64,000 nucleotides of DNA from Narcine bancroftii (lineage: Eukaryota): NCBI RefSeq assembly GCF_036971445.1, contig NC_091473.1, forward strand, positions 36,332,001 to 36,396,000, read 5' to 3'. Shown here one piece after another: positions 24,152 to 37,160 of this stretch. Within the stretch, counting starts at the first letter, position 1, and the number at the start of each line of letters is the position of its first letter. Both the position numbers and the translations under genes were made by a program. The notes beneath the pieces are model-generated. The model was given only the letters and a program-made list of their open reading frames with translations. It was not told the DNA's origin and did not search any database.

Positions 24152-26249
24152 AAAGACCTCCATCATCCCAGTACCCAAGAAGAGCAGGGTGAGCTACCTT
24201 AATGACTAGTCGGACTAACTTCTACTGTGATTAAATGCTCTGAGAGGGGTCATGGCCAGAATTAAGCAAAGATCTTGTCCCACTGCAATTTGCCTATTGT
24301 ACTCGACAGCCGATACAATATCACTGGCTCTCCACTCAATTCTGGGTACCTCAAACAGCAATTCATACATTGGACTGCTCTTCATTAACTACAGCTCACC
24401 CTTGAATACCATTATTTCCCTCAGTGCTGCTCAGAAAGCTACAAACTCAGGGTCTCTGCAACAAGATCCTTGACTTTCTCATTGGAAGATGACAGTCCAT
24501 ATGAATTGGAAACTACATCTCCTCACTGATAATCAACACAGGCACACCCCCCCCCCCCCCCAAGAATGTGTGCTTAGCCCATTATTCTACTCATTATACA
24601 CATGATTTTATGGTCAGGCACAATTCCAATGCTATCTACAAGTTTACTGATGAAACCACCATTGTCAGGAGAATTGCTAACGGCAGTGAGGAAGCGTACA
24701 GGAGGGATATAGATCAGCTCTTTGAGTGGTGTCACACCAGCAATCTTGCGCTCAACATGAGCAAAACTAAGAAGATGATTGTGGACTTCAGGAGGAAGTC
24801 AGGGAGCACGACCAAGTCCTTATCGAGGACTCAATGGTAGAGAGGTTCAAGAACTTCAAATTCCTGGGTGTCAACATCTCTGAGGATTTGTCCTGGAGCC
24901 TCCTTGTGGATGCAATCATGCAAAAGACTCGCCATTGGCTATACTTTGTGAGGTGTTTGAGGAGATTCTGTATGTCACAGAAGACTTTTGAAAACTTCTC
25001 CAGGTGTACTATGGAGAGCATTCTGGCTCGTTACATTACTGTCTGGTATGGATGCACCATAACTCTAGAGGGCTGTTAATTCGGCCTGCAACATCACAGG
25101 CACCAGACCACTCGATCAAAGACATCTAAATGAGGTGGTGCCTTAAAAAAACAGCACACCCAAGCCATGTCCTCTTCACTCTGCTACCATGGTGGGGGGG
25201 GGGGAACGTACAGGGGCCTAAAGACGAGCACTCAGTGGCGAAAGGACAGCTTCTTCCCTGCTGTCATCAGATTCCTGAATAATCAATGAACCAAAGTCAC
25301 TGCCTTACATTTAGTGCACTATTAGTTTTATTTATATCATTTTTGTAAGGTTTATAATATGAATCTTTGCACTTTGACGCTGCTGCGAAACAATGACTTG
25401 TTCATGACAATAAATCCTGATTCTGAAATTGACAATTCATTGAAAATCATTTTCTTCAGTATCATCTCCTTTTTCTTCTCTCAAACCAATATCAGTCAAA
25501 TCTTCAATAATTTACACTTCAACTTCCAATCTGGCAATAAAGCCAGATTGCCTTGTTCTTTACTAGCTCCACACATCACAGCAAGGAACACTCACAATAA
25601 TACCATGTGTCTATAATTCTGTTTTTGCTAAATGAGCCTCAGTTCATGTGATGATCTGTAAGGTGAGTCTGTCAGGGCAGGGCTTTTTAAACCTGCAAAT
25701 AGCCCTTTCTGTTGACTTGCTTTCTGATTATCTGTTGGGTTATTTTGTCAAAGGTGAACCTTTTGGGGGGTAAAAAGATTTTTCAGATTTATCAACTTCC
25801 ATCAGTTTTCAATGGATTTTGAAACACTCTGGATACACCTGTGTTTAAGTGACCAAAAGATGTAATATTACTGCCTCAAATGGATCTGAACTTTTTTGGG
25901 TATCTATTTGAATTGAGCACCATGATGGAGAGAGATCAACTTGAATTGTATTTACAAATGTTGTCATTGCTTTTGAATGTTCCCAATGATTATAGCTTAT
26001 AAGATGAAGCTTTGCCAATGTTTTTCAATATCCTTTGCCAGTGCAGCATGTCTGCAGTATTCTTCAACAAGGCATTTGCTGCAGAAGCTCTTCTGTGCAA
26101 GATTTTGGTATTGCCCGATTTCTGGCAATCTTATAGTAAGTAGGATACCTTTTGTTTAAAAGGTTACTGTTCCCTGTAGATCATCAATGTGCCTTATCAC
26201 TCATATGATTATAATACTCTGGGCACCTGGCCTATGAAAGGCTAATCCT

Positions 26250-26730
26250 GACCCAATGTCCAAAATTTTGCAATAAGCAAAGTGTGTTTCTGGATCCTAA
26301 ATTTGTCTTTCGTGTCAGCAAGCTTGGTGGAACTTCTGTGGACTACAGTTGAATTTCTTTAGGGTGGGAGATCATTTCCAGTCCTGAATATTTGGCAGAA
26401 GCACCCAGCAATTCAGCTGTGAAGGCTGTCTTGGTCCGGGATGTTGCCTGGTCAATGAATATAAACGGATGTTGGTTGCAGTTGTTGAAAGAACGGAGAG
26501 GAAAATATCAGGAGGGAGGTGAATGGAGTTGCAATGTTACCAACTTTCTGAAATTGGACAGGATGCCCACTTTTCAGTGGGAAATGGGCTGATCTTTAAA
26601 GCATCAGTTCAGGATGTTTCTTTTTAACTTTTATTTGATGGATGTGATGCAGCTTTGCTGTGTCAGGAGATGAATCACTTGCTGCAGAAATACCCAGCCT
26701 CTGACTTGCCCTTTTTGCCATGACAGATAT
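26250..26730 (-). mobile_element. Ancient CR1/L2-like LINE remnant
   Basis: gtcaggagatgaatcacttgctgcagaaatacccagcctctgacttgc is antisense to the old LINE piece near 31180-31300. Confidence 0.45.
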
Positions 26731-27021
26731 GTAGTTGAAACAGTTGTGCTTCTGGCTGAACCTTCCAATTGCATCATCTAAGATATTCATGTTCAGTTGC
26801 TCAACAATGAAAATGAAATTTAATGTCATTACCATTTTGTTTGTTGTATTCAAAGCCAAGGACATAAAAAGTAAGAGCAAATGTGGGCCAGTTGACAAAT
26901 TTCCATTTTCCAGCCTCGTACCTTTTTCCCCCTGTCATCTAAAAATCTGCTTGACTCTACCATGTATATGATTTACTGAATAGCATTCATTCTCTAGCTG
27001 AAAATTCCATAGAATCAGTTA

Positions 27022-27667
27022 AAGTAAAACCCCTGGCATCCGGCACCTACTGGAATAGGTGGATGCCAGATCAGCAGGTTTTCTGTTTGCTTGTTCTTAA
27101 AATGCCTAACTAATACATGTGGTTTAAGAATAAACAGTTTAAAAGATAAAAGTACTACACTTCACTTGCATTAATATATAAACATTACAGCATTTTACTA
27201 ATTTTCAGTCACATTCTTTGAAAACATTTAACTGTTGCTACATCTGCAGGTTCTCTCCACAGAGCTGCCCAAAAGATGAACAGTAGTATCATAATTAACC
27301 TGTTCCCCAAACTTTACAGATAACTCCTTACTAATATACTTAATATGTGCTAGTAAAGACTCTTACAAAGGAAGGATAAAGAGACACTTTAAGAGAGCCA
27401 CCCTAATAGCGAGTGGCATTAACCAGCTCTTCATCCTGGATGATGCAATTTTATACAAACACAACTTTATTCCGAGCTGTCATGAACAAAGCACAATCAA
27501 GGCACTCTACTAGCTGAATATTTTCACCCATCTTCACCAAAGGTTTCTGTGTTACTTGAGAAAACATGCACTTCTACAATTTTAAACATTAACATATTTT
27601 TTAAATTTGTTCCCATTTATTTTAATATCTATCGAGTTGCTTGAATTCTGGGTAATGGGTTTTACTG
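27022..27667. mobile_element. Non-autonomous Tc1/mariner-pogo element (MITE)
   Basis: TA|aAGTAAAACCC ... GGGTTTTACTG|TA terminal inverted repeats with TA TSD; no ORF. Confidence 0.75.
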
Positions 27668-28999
27668 TATTATCAAGGCAAAAAATGTTCAGTGTTCTAT
27701 GTTATTTGTGCAATCTGATGCTAGACAGTCCATTACTTCCAGATGTGATATCCCTGTTGTGCTCTGTTAGAGCTTGACTCAGTACTTTGAGTGTGGAGTC
27801 AGTGATATGTGCCTTTAAAATCAGTTTAAGATTAATGCAGGTTGCGAGAAATTAATGGGATTGGTCTGGCCTCTTCTAGGATTCCTTCTTCTCCCACACT
27901 GCCTCTTCAGCTCTTTCCAGTTTTCACTCCTACATCCGCAGGTCCTTGATTTTCTCAACCAAGGGAAATTTTAGGCCAGATGACTATTTTAATTTTATAT
28001 AATTGGATATCAAGCAGGACTAGCTCATTTGTACTGTCAGGGTACAATTCTGCATTGAGTTGGTGTTTAATTTGGGAGTAATTTGATTGCTGTTTGCAAA
28101 AAATGTTTATTCCTAACATCCAGTCTGATAGGAGTTCAAATTACTTTGTCATTTTAAAACAAAAAGCCAAAATAAACATTCAGTTGTGGAGCAAAAGAAA
28201 TATTGGGTGAAGCATTGTTTTATTTTCAGTTTTTGTAAATGCTTATGTTTTCTGATTGTGGATGATGATTATGGGCAGTGATTCATGAATAGTAGTGACT
28301 GCAGTTTGACTGGGGATGAAATAACATCTCCATGGAATACAATAGCTACAGTTTGGAATGTGAACTCTGTCACATTGTCAATGGAAGATGCACTCTGAGC
28401 ATCAGTCATAAGGCAAAGTTCAATGCTACTTTATGGGAAGTCTTTATCTATTGAGTTCTTTGGAAATAATGTAATTTTATTTAAACCAGTCCTAACTTAC
28501 GCAGACAGTTTTGATGATTGTGGATACTGAAATGAATGTCATTGTTAAGACTAATCTTTGACTCCTTTTGGTATGTATCTTTGCATTAATTTCAATTGTC
28601 TGCATCCAGACAAGTGCTCATTATGAAGATTTGCTTGATAATTGCTGTCCTCGTGTATGGTTTTTTTCCCCCAAAATCAAATTGAATCTTTCAAGGGTAC
28701 AAGTCCTCCCTAATAACACAGATGAACCAAAACGTTTGAAATGTTGGGAACAGTTGTTCTTTATGTTGTTGTGCAGAGTGGCTGCCAGCTGGTGACCCAA
28801 TGAACAATGTCATTTAATTCCACTGTTCAGGGTTTTTACCCCAGTGCTGTGGTTTCTCCCTTTTTTTTCTCTCTGACAGCTGTTTGGTCGAGATGGGGAC
28901 TAATTTTATATGTAAAATAATTAATAGAAAAAGTATTGTTGGAAAACTTTAACTCAAAGTTTTTTAATCTTTTTAATGAGTCGTAGTTTCACAAGCCCT

Positions 29000-30275
29000 G
29001 GCATCACAAATTCTTTGTGCTCCATTACACTAATCCCAACTTCACCATCGCTCTCGCAGACAAGGGTGGTGCTGTTGTGGTCTGGTACACTGACCTTCAT
29101 CTGGCTTCAGCCAGATGACAACTCTCAGGCATCTTCTGCAAACCCACCAATTACTACAGTTACCTTGACTACACCATTTCACACCCTGTCCCCTGTAAGG
29201 ATTCTATTTCTTTCTCTCAATTCCTTCATCTCTGTTGCATCTGCTCCCAGGGCAAGGCCTTCCACATCATCAGAGATGTCTTTGTCCTTCAAATATTATG
29301 GTTCCCCTCTACCACTATTGACTTTGCCCTCACCCGCATATCCTCCATTATCCGCACGTCTGCCTTGGTCCCCTCCATCCCCATGTGCAACAAGGACAGG
29401 ATTCCCCTTGTCTTCACCTCCCACCCCAACAGCCTCCACATCCAACAGGTTTTCCACTACCATTATGTGATCCCACCACCAGCCTTCCCTGCTCCATCTT
29501 CCACAGGGGCTGCTCCCTCGATACTGCCCTTGTCCACTCCTCTCTTCCCCTTTGACTACAGGAGATGCTCCACCTGTGTCCATACCTCCTCCCTCACCAG
29601 CATTCAGAGCCCAAAACAATCCTTCCAAGTGAAGCCACATTTTGCTTGTGAATCAGCAGGAATCATCTACTGCATCCAGTACTTCTGTTGTGGTCTCCTT
29701 TACATGGCGGGGGGGGGGGGGGGGTGGGTGGGGGAAGAATTGGACACAGACTGGGGTTTCGTTGAGCACATGCACTCTGTCTGCTGCAATAGTGGGGATC
29801 TCTCAGTGGCCAACCATTTCAATTCCTTGCCCCATTCACTTGCTGATATGTCTGTTCATGGTCCCATGCGCTGCCAGACTGAGAGCACCCGCAAATTGGA
29901 GGAGCAACACTTCATCTTCCTTCTGCTCATCCAACCAGATGGCATTAATATTGACTTCTCCAGATTCCATTAGCTGCCCCCTCTCACCACCACTGTCTCC
30001 TTTCCTGCAGCTCTGTCCCTCTCTCTTCCCTTTTCCTTCTGTCTCCTTTATTTCCGCTCTGCATTCACAGAGCCAACCCCACCCCTTCCCTTTTCAATTC
30101 TCACCCTATCTCTATCCTGGCCTCTTCTCCATATCCATTGTCTGTTGGTCTGTACTCCTCCCTGACCATTTCTTTAATTCAGGTGCTATCTGCACTTTCC
30201 ATACTCTGAAGAAAGGGTCAGGCCTGAAACATTGATGATGTATTTTTTAATGTGAGACCTGCTAAGTTCTCTACA
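29000..30275 (+). mobile_element. Penelope-like retroelement, internally deleted RT, GIY-YIG endonuclease remnant and 3' terminus
   Basis: ADKGGAVVVW, DRIPLVFTSHP, RCSTC, FACESAGIIYCIQ..CGLLY, FVEH, VANHFNS, RKLEEQHFIF, QPDGINID. Confidence 0.92.
30206..30235 (+). ncRNA. Degenerate minimal hammerhead ribozyme motif in the Penelope terminus
   Basis: CTGAAGA-AAGGGTCAGGCCT-GAAA-CATTG; location matches the known position of hammerheads in Penelope-like element termini. Confidence 0.6.
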
Positions 30276-30660
30276 TCACCTTTGTTGACCTCACCAAAGC
30301 CTGTGACACCGTGAGCAGGAAAGGGCTTTGGCAAATACTAGAGCGCCTCGGATGCCCCCCCCCCCAAGTTCCTCAACATGTTTATCCAACTGCATGAAAA
30401 CCAACAAGGTCGGGTCAGATACAGCAATGAGCTCTCCGAACCCTTCTCCATTGACAACGGCGTGAAGCAAGGCCGGGTCCTCGCACCAACCCTCTTTACC
30501 ATCTTCTTCAGCATGATGCTGAAACAAGCTATGAAAGACCTCAACAATGAAGACAGTGTTTACATCTGGTACCGCACGGATGGCAGTCTCTTCAATCCAT
30601 CGGGCACACAGAACTCAAAACGGTCAACCAGTTTACCTACCTTGGCTGCACCGTTTCATC
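30275..30660 (+). mobile_element. RTE-clade LINE internal fragment with internal deletion at ~30598
   Basis: FVDLTKACDTVSR, GVKQGRVLAPTLF, then a jump to TVNQFTYLG, which matches the copy at 63950-64000. Confidence 0.9.
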
Positions 30661-31369
30661 TTCCAGCATTACTGTGTTTTTAAATATAATTATCATGTCT
30701 GCAGACTTAAGAGTTTCACTCCTTGCTCCATCACTTTCATTTATACATTCTTTTGTTAATGGCAATGTAAATTAATGCACCATGCAAATGTAGCTTTCAT
30801 TATAGTTCAGTTCACTTTTTAAATGATCTCCCTTTATATCAAAACAATATGCTTGGTGTGGTCTTTAAATAATCTTATTAATCTATTTGTTAAATCGAAG
30901 GGGTGGAAGACCAATTGAAGCTGCCATTTGTTGTCCATTCCTAATTGTCAGGCATTACAGTGAGCACGCAGTTGAGTAAATATGATGGAAAATGAAAGTA
31001 GCATATTGCCTTCCTTGAAGGTTTATATGACAACTGGGCTATTTAAAGGTCACCAAGTAACATTCATCCCACATAATGCCAAGCAAGAGAAAAAATCTTT
31101 CACTCCTTGACCATTAGTTGTCTTACTTACACTGCATCCCCCATTATCAGTATCCTGGAAGTTACCTTTTGATCAGAAATTAAACTGGAGTAGTTTTGTA
31201 CACAATGTGACGACAAGAGCAGATGGGAGATTAGAATTGTCATGGTGAATAACTCTTCTCTTTATTCCCCAAACCTGTCTACTATCTATCTTCAAGGTGC
31301 AAGTCAGGAGTGTGATGGAATATTCTCCACTGAGCTGGATGAGTGCAACTTCAAAAATACTCATGAAGC

Positions 31370-32245
31370 ATCCCTGTTGAAAACTCTATTGAACTTGTAC
31401 AGGTGCATTGTAGAAATTTATAATGACAAATTATGTCCAAATCTGGTTTAGGAATTTGACTGCCAGGGAGCACACAGGCTCCAGAAGGTACAAACAAAAC
31501 CAGGCACTGACTCCCTCACAAAGATAACCACAACCCTGGTCTCAGCTCTCAATGCTACCATGAGGTAGAAGCTCCAAAAGCCTGAAGATCAGCACTTCTA
31601 AGCTGGAGAACAGTTTCTCTCTAATAGCTATTAGGCTCTTGAACTTCCCTCTTGTCACACTAATTGGGACTGTTCTGATACCACTCAGCAAATGCACTAA
31701 CAACAACCTTGCACTCAATGTCACCAAAACCAAAGTTTTGTTGACTTGAAGTAGGGGAAAACCAGAGGTGTTCGATCTGCTGAATAATGGGGGGATAAGA
31801 GATAGAAGGTGAGCAGATTAAGTTCTTGGAATGTCTGAGTATAAAACCCTGCCTCAAGTAGTGGGCACAACCTCGGTCATCATGGGTAAAACCCTCCACA
31901 CCATCGAGAACAGGGAGCACCAGCTTCAGAGAGCAGCAGTAACACACTATGTTCTCACTGCTACCATCAGGAAAGGGGTATTGGTGCCACAGGACTCGAA
32001 CCACCAAGTTCAGGAACAGCTGTTACTCCTCAGCAACAAATGCAATCAGGGACTTGTTTAAGGACTCTTACTTTTGTACTTTATTGATTTTTTGTATTGC
32101 AGTCAGTTTGTTTACATGCCTAAGTTGAGTACATTTTTGTTTTTTCTTGCACTGCCAATTAGTGGTAATTCTGCCTCGCCCACAGGAAAAGGAATCTGAG
32201 TTGTTTGGGATGACATGTATGTACTCTGGTAATAAATCTGAATAT
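31370..32245 (+). mobile_element. Two Rex1/Babar-type 3' fragments
   Basis: aacttgtacaggtgcattgtagaa; aacaaccttgcactcaatgtcaccaaaaccaa; caagttcaggaacagctg; tail aataaatctgaat. Confidence 0.7.
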
Positions 32246-32324
32246 ATTGCCTGCACCATTGCTAAATCACCTTTTTGTTGCACGAGGATAACTGGATATT
32301 TAATTTATTTAATTTGGAAATGTA

Positions 32325-32520
32325 GCTTGGTAACAGGGCCTTCACGAATGCTCCAAATGACCTACAGCCCCAGTTCATTTTGAAGGGTGGGAGTAAACCG
32401 GAGGACCTAGAAGAAACTCACACAGACACAACATAAATGTACTGACGCCTTGGAAACTGCGCCAGATTTAAACCAAAGTTGCTGGTATTGTAATAATGCT
32501 GTGCTAACCACTCCACCCTT
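32325..32520 (-). mobile_element. V-SINE, degraded
   Basis: gggtgggagtaaaccggaggacctagaagaaactcacacagacac..gctaaccac. Confidence 0.75.
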
Positions 32521-32814
32521 TATCTATTTTTTTTTTGCTGTCTTTTTAATACTATTAAATTCACTACTGTAGTTGTTTTTTCAAGTATTTTCCTAGTTTA
32601 TTTTTACAAACAACCTGTTCAGCTGCAGGAAGTAAGAGTTTTGGTGCATGTGTACATTGTGTAATGTATATTACAATAAAGTCTATCTAATTTTTCACAA
32701 CCATTCACTCCACCACTGACACACAGCACCAGTACGATTGACATGATGCACTGCAGCAGCTCACCAAACCCAAAACCTCCTCCAATATTTTTCTTTATAA
32801 TTTAATGACACAAC

Positions 32815-32990
32815 ATGGAAGCTTGAGCCCATGCCATGCAAATACACCAATTAAACTACAAACCCCTGGAGGGTGGGTGGAAACTGGATCAGAGGAAGCC
32901 CACAGGAAGCATACAAACTCCTTGCAGACCATGCTGGATTTGAATCCAGGTTCCTGGTGCTGGAATAGTATTGTGCTAACACCGCCACCT
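32815..32990 (-). mobile_element. V-SINE, degraded
   Basis: gggtgggtggaaactgga..tacaaactccttgcagac..ggatttgaatcc (box B antisense). Confidence 0.75.
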
Positions 32991-33384
32991 TCCAAGCCAC
33001 ACATCATGCTGTCTTGGAAAAACAGATCACCATTCCAAAGCCAGAATCCTGGAGCAACATTGTGGGTATACCCACACCAAATCAATTTCAGTGATTGAAG
33101 AAGGCAACTCTTTTCCCCCTTCTCAAGGGTAATTAGGGATGGATAGTTAAATATTAGTGTGCATCCCTTGAATAATTACAAATAATGCATGATCAGCTTT
33201 TCAAATTCAAATATATCACCTATTTTTAATTGCTGCAGATTTGAATAATTTGCCAAGCCATTTCATTTTCTGTTAATCCATCAACAACAGGGCTGTGGAT
33301 CACAAAGACCAGATCCGATTAGGATTTCAAATTGGCTTCCTTGAATGACTTGATTGTTTTATTGTCATCAATAGAGGATGAGCA

Positions 33385-33580
33385 AATGTATGTTCTTGGG
33401 AGTCACTATCTCGGAAGATCTTTCCTGGAACCAACACACCAATGGCATCATGAAGAAAGCCTCTACTTCCTCAGGAGTTTGCGGAGGAGCTAGTGGAGTT
33501 GTTCAAGTGAACCGGTACGGACTTGAAGGGCCGACATGACCTGTTTCCGTGCTGTAAACGGTTATATGGTTATATAATAC
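33385..33580 (+). mobile_element. Rex/Babar fragment abutting a short CR1 3' tail
   Basis: FLGVTISEDLSWNQH then gggccgacatgacctgtttccgtgctgta and a GGTTATAT repeat. Confidence 0.7.
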
Positions 33581-35639
33581 TGTCCTGACTTTTCAATTCC
33601 AGACTGGATAACTTAACTGAATTTAAATTCCCCATTTGTCTTGGTAAGGTTTGAACATGTGCTTCTGAAACCAGGCCTCTGGATGTTATTCTAATCTGCT
33701 TCCCAATAGGCTATTATATTTGCACTTTCAGATCCCATTTGGCTGCCACAAGTAACATTTTGTTTAATGTATCACATGGAAAACTATGGAATATTTTTAT
33801 GAATTAAATAATGGGTAACTTTTTAACAGTTAGCATTTGATCATTAACTCTTTTGGGACAAAATAGGCATCTGAAGGAAGATCCTGACGTGTACCATGCA
33901 ATTGGATAGTCAGCAAATGCTAATTAATAGAAACAATTCACTGGGGTTTCCATGAGACTTCTAACATGAAGTATTGACTGTCCATTTGAACCCATGGGTG
34001 CTGCCTGACGTGAGACCCTCCAGCTTCTCATGGTCTGGTTAAGATTCTGAACTCTACCATTTATGTGTTTCACTTGACCTCTGATTTAATTTTCTGAAGC
34101 CACGATGGCAGGTGCTTTCAAGGTTGCAAGAGATAGTCTTGAAATTTTAGAGTTGGGCATTTCAGGAAAAGGGGAAGAGAAATTCACAGTTTAAAGTAAA
34201 TGGGAAGGAATGAATTCTTGGTGGAAATAAAATGACATTGATATTTCCACATTGTTGATGGAAAATGCAGGCATAAATGTAAAGCGGGTTCAGTACATGG
34301 AGCAAAAGAAAGGTGGAACATTGAGAAGAATAAATGCCTTTGTGATATCAAGATCAAGAACAGGGAGGAATGAAACTCATCAAATGACTGAAATTTTCTT
34401 GTCATAATATTATGAAATTGGAAGTTGCCCAAATGAAGGTACAACAAACATCAGCTTGAGGTTTTCAGGTGTATTCAAGATGGTTGTGGACTGAAGAAGA
34501 GGTTACATTGTGCACAGAAAAGTGCAAATTAGGAGAAGAGAGCACTCCTAAAAATTGGGAGAATGAAGAGGGAGAATGTTGGTAAAGACTGAGTTTGCAG
34601 AATGAGGTAGAAGAGACAGAAACTAAGAATTACGTACATGAATGGTGGTTTTTTTGGTATGATTCAGATACCTTTGAGTCAAGATAATTATCAGTTTTTG
34701 TTTTGGAAGACATAGTATGATATTGCTTATCAAAAGTAAAATTTTGTTTGTTATGTAACATGACATTCTGTATTTGTTGTGAGTATATTCTGTGGACCAA
34801 TATGATTTTCCTTAAGTAATTAGTTTTAAGACAGAAATTCAGTTTTTGACATCAGTGAGTATTCACAAATCATGGCATAGCCAATCTGTTATTGTTTCAC
34901 AGCCTAGACCATGTGATCGATATAGTGGTAATGTGATTCGCCTCCAGCGATGTTTTATTGTTGTTTGACTGGTTTGCTGACAATTCTTCAATCTACTAGC
35001 ACCAGCTCCTTAAATGAATGGTAAATAATGAGGGACTCCCACTGCGAAAACCTTTTTAAGTATCAGCACACAATTTTGATCTGTGAATTTCATTGACATT
35101 TGGATCGTGGCATGGGTATATGCTGTTGGTTAAAAGTATAGATTTTTTAATCCTGTGCTATCTCAAACTGAAGGAATTAACATCTTTTGGCATAGTATAG
35201 ATTTATGTCAAAATGCTGTTATCTGGATTGATTACCGATGGCTGCAGAAGTAATCAAAATGTTGAAATTTAGATGTGCTTTTGAATAGGAATGTTATTTG
35301 GACGTATGTGCTATGTGTACCTGTGTACTTGGCAGAATAATTGAACAGGAAAATGCTAAAGGGGGTCATTTGGCCTTTTTTGTCCAAGTTAGCTATTTCA
35401 AAAAGAAATCCAGTTAGTTCCACATTCCAATTCTTTGTCTAGATCACTGCAATATTTTTTACACATTTATATCATTGTCCTTTGAGGTCTGTTATTGAAA
35501 CTATATCTACAAGCAGTCTTTTAAATTTAGATACATTTCTTAAACAAAAGTTTTTTTTCTCTCATGTTGTCTTTGGGTCTTTTTATCAATCATCAAAACT
35601 TTACCTCTGGTTATCCATCTTTCAGCCATCATGTTATTG

Positions 35640-35810
35640 AGAAGACAAGGACCTTGCAGGAGGAAGTCAGCAGGTCAAAGGGCATCCATGAGTGGAAATA
35701 GTCCGTCAATGTTTTGAGTTGAAACCTTGACAGATAATTTCTATCCATGCTGTGTGACCTGCTGAGTTCCTCCAGCAATTCTTTCCTCAGTTTTCTAGTA
35801 CCTCCAGCTT
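35640..35810. mobile_element. Palindromic Penelope-terminus-derived element
   Basis: Inverted arms ggaggaagtcagcaggtca and tgacctgctgagttcctcc. Confidence 0.7.
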
Positions 35811-36825
35811 TAATGTTTGTCTCTTCCTTTTTAATTTATCCTGTTTCTAAACCCTCGATGATTTTAATCCAATATTCTATTCATCTTCTCAGATGAAAAT
35901 GACTTGTACCTTATGTTGTATGTGTCATGTGTACATATTTAGGGGACTACAGAATCTAAAGTGATCATGCCATTATACAGTACTTTTATCTGAAAGCCAA
36001 TTTACAATATTCAAGTTAAAGTGAGAGCATTATTTATAATTTTACAATGAAAAAGCCATTGGAGACCTCGACTAAATCTACCTGATAAAAGGCTGATGAT
36101 CTTATTCAGAAGAACAAGCTCTCAACGTTTCACACATTTTTGAAACCATTCCAACTTGGCGCAATATTGCATCATCCATGCATGCATGGGCACTTTGTGT
36201 GTTTTTGAGACAGAAATGAAGTAAATTTAATTTAAACTGTTACCAGATGGGGAAGCCGTGTTGTCTAGCAGGCCAAACCTGATACATTAAAAGTCACAGG
36301 CATTGATCAGAAATCTTCCAGCCAACAGACATTTTTGAGAGAACCATCTATGGGCCATATGCCCTGTAATATTTCACTCTCCCTGGCCTATTTATCAAAT
36401 AATAGAGTTTGGGATTTATCATTCATTAAAATTTATTGCACTGGAAAATTCAAAGTGAACAAAAAGTCAAGAACACCCTGAAACAGAAATATTAGAACTG
36501 CAATTTGTCCAAACTGACCAGTCAGAGATTATTCATTAGTCTTGAATGGTGGCACACAGCCAGAACATCTGCTCAGGCTCTTGCCTCAGGGGTGGAGAAG
36601 AAATAAATAGCTCTTGTTTTGGTCCATTTGTATAGTTTTAACTCTTACTGTTGAGAAACTGTCTGCATAATATGGTCATCTGCCATCTAGAAAATTTAAA
36701 TCAAGACATCCTCGCTACAAGTGATTTTTATATGCGGCAAAGCAAATGCAATGCTGCTGTGACAGTGCATCTTTCTGAAATTGTAACAGAGTCCAATGAG
36801 CCTACTGGACTCCCATATTTGAATG

Positions 36826-37020
36826 CAGCCATTCTCAACCTTTTTTGCCTATATGGTCCCCTTAAGACTCTGCTCAAAGTTTATGGGGCCACTTACCTGT
36901 GAAGTGGTCAAGTTTAGTTGATTTCTTCAGTACTTGTCTCCTACTGACGACTTGAGAAACATTTTTTTCATGATTTCAGTCTGTTGCTCCCTTGAATGTG
37001 CTGTGGCCCCCAGGAGGGGT
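36826..37020. mobile_element. Truncated hAT/Charlie-type non-autonomous element
   Basis: Begins cagccattctcaaccttttt (Charlie-type terminus); right end not found. Confidence 0.5.
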
Positions 37021-37160
37021 GTACAGACCTTACTGAGAATGACTGTTCTAATGCAACAGAAGCAGCAGATCACATTCTGGATACTGAACCTATTGGCGAG
37101 CTCTCCACTGGCCAACGAGACAGAGGTGCACCAAAGAAGAGGTACAAGGACTGCTTAAAG

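Larger units (their letters stand above)
18895..25430 (+). mobile_element. Rex1/Babar-type LINE fragment (18895-18948 plus 24152-25430) split by an L1 insertion
   Basis: Joined halves read SLLQSEVPTCFKKTSIIPVPKKSRVSYLND; then LLFINYSS, YKFTDETT, FKFLGVNISEDLSW; tail acaataaatcctgattctga. Confidence 0.88.
31180..33175 (+). mobile_element. Ancient CR1/L2-like LINE 3' part, interrupted by younger Rex fragments and V-SINEs
   Basis: caagtcaggagtgtgatggaatattctccac at ~31300, continuing at 32700-32780 and 32990-33175 with tail cttctcaagggtaattagggatgg. Confidence 0.6.
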
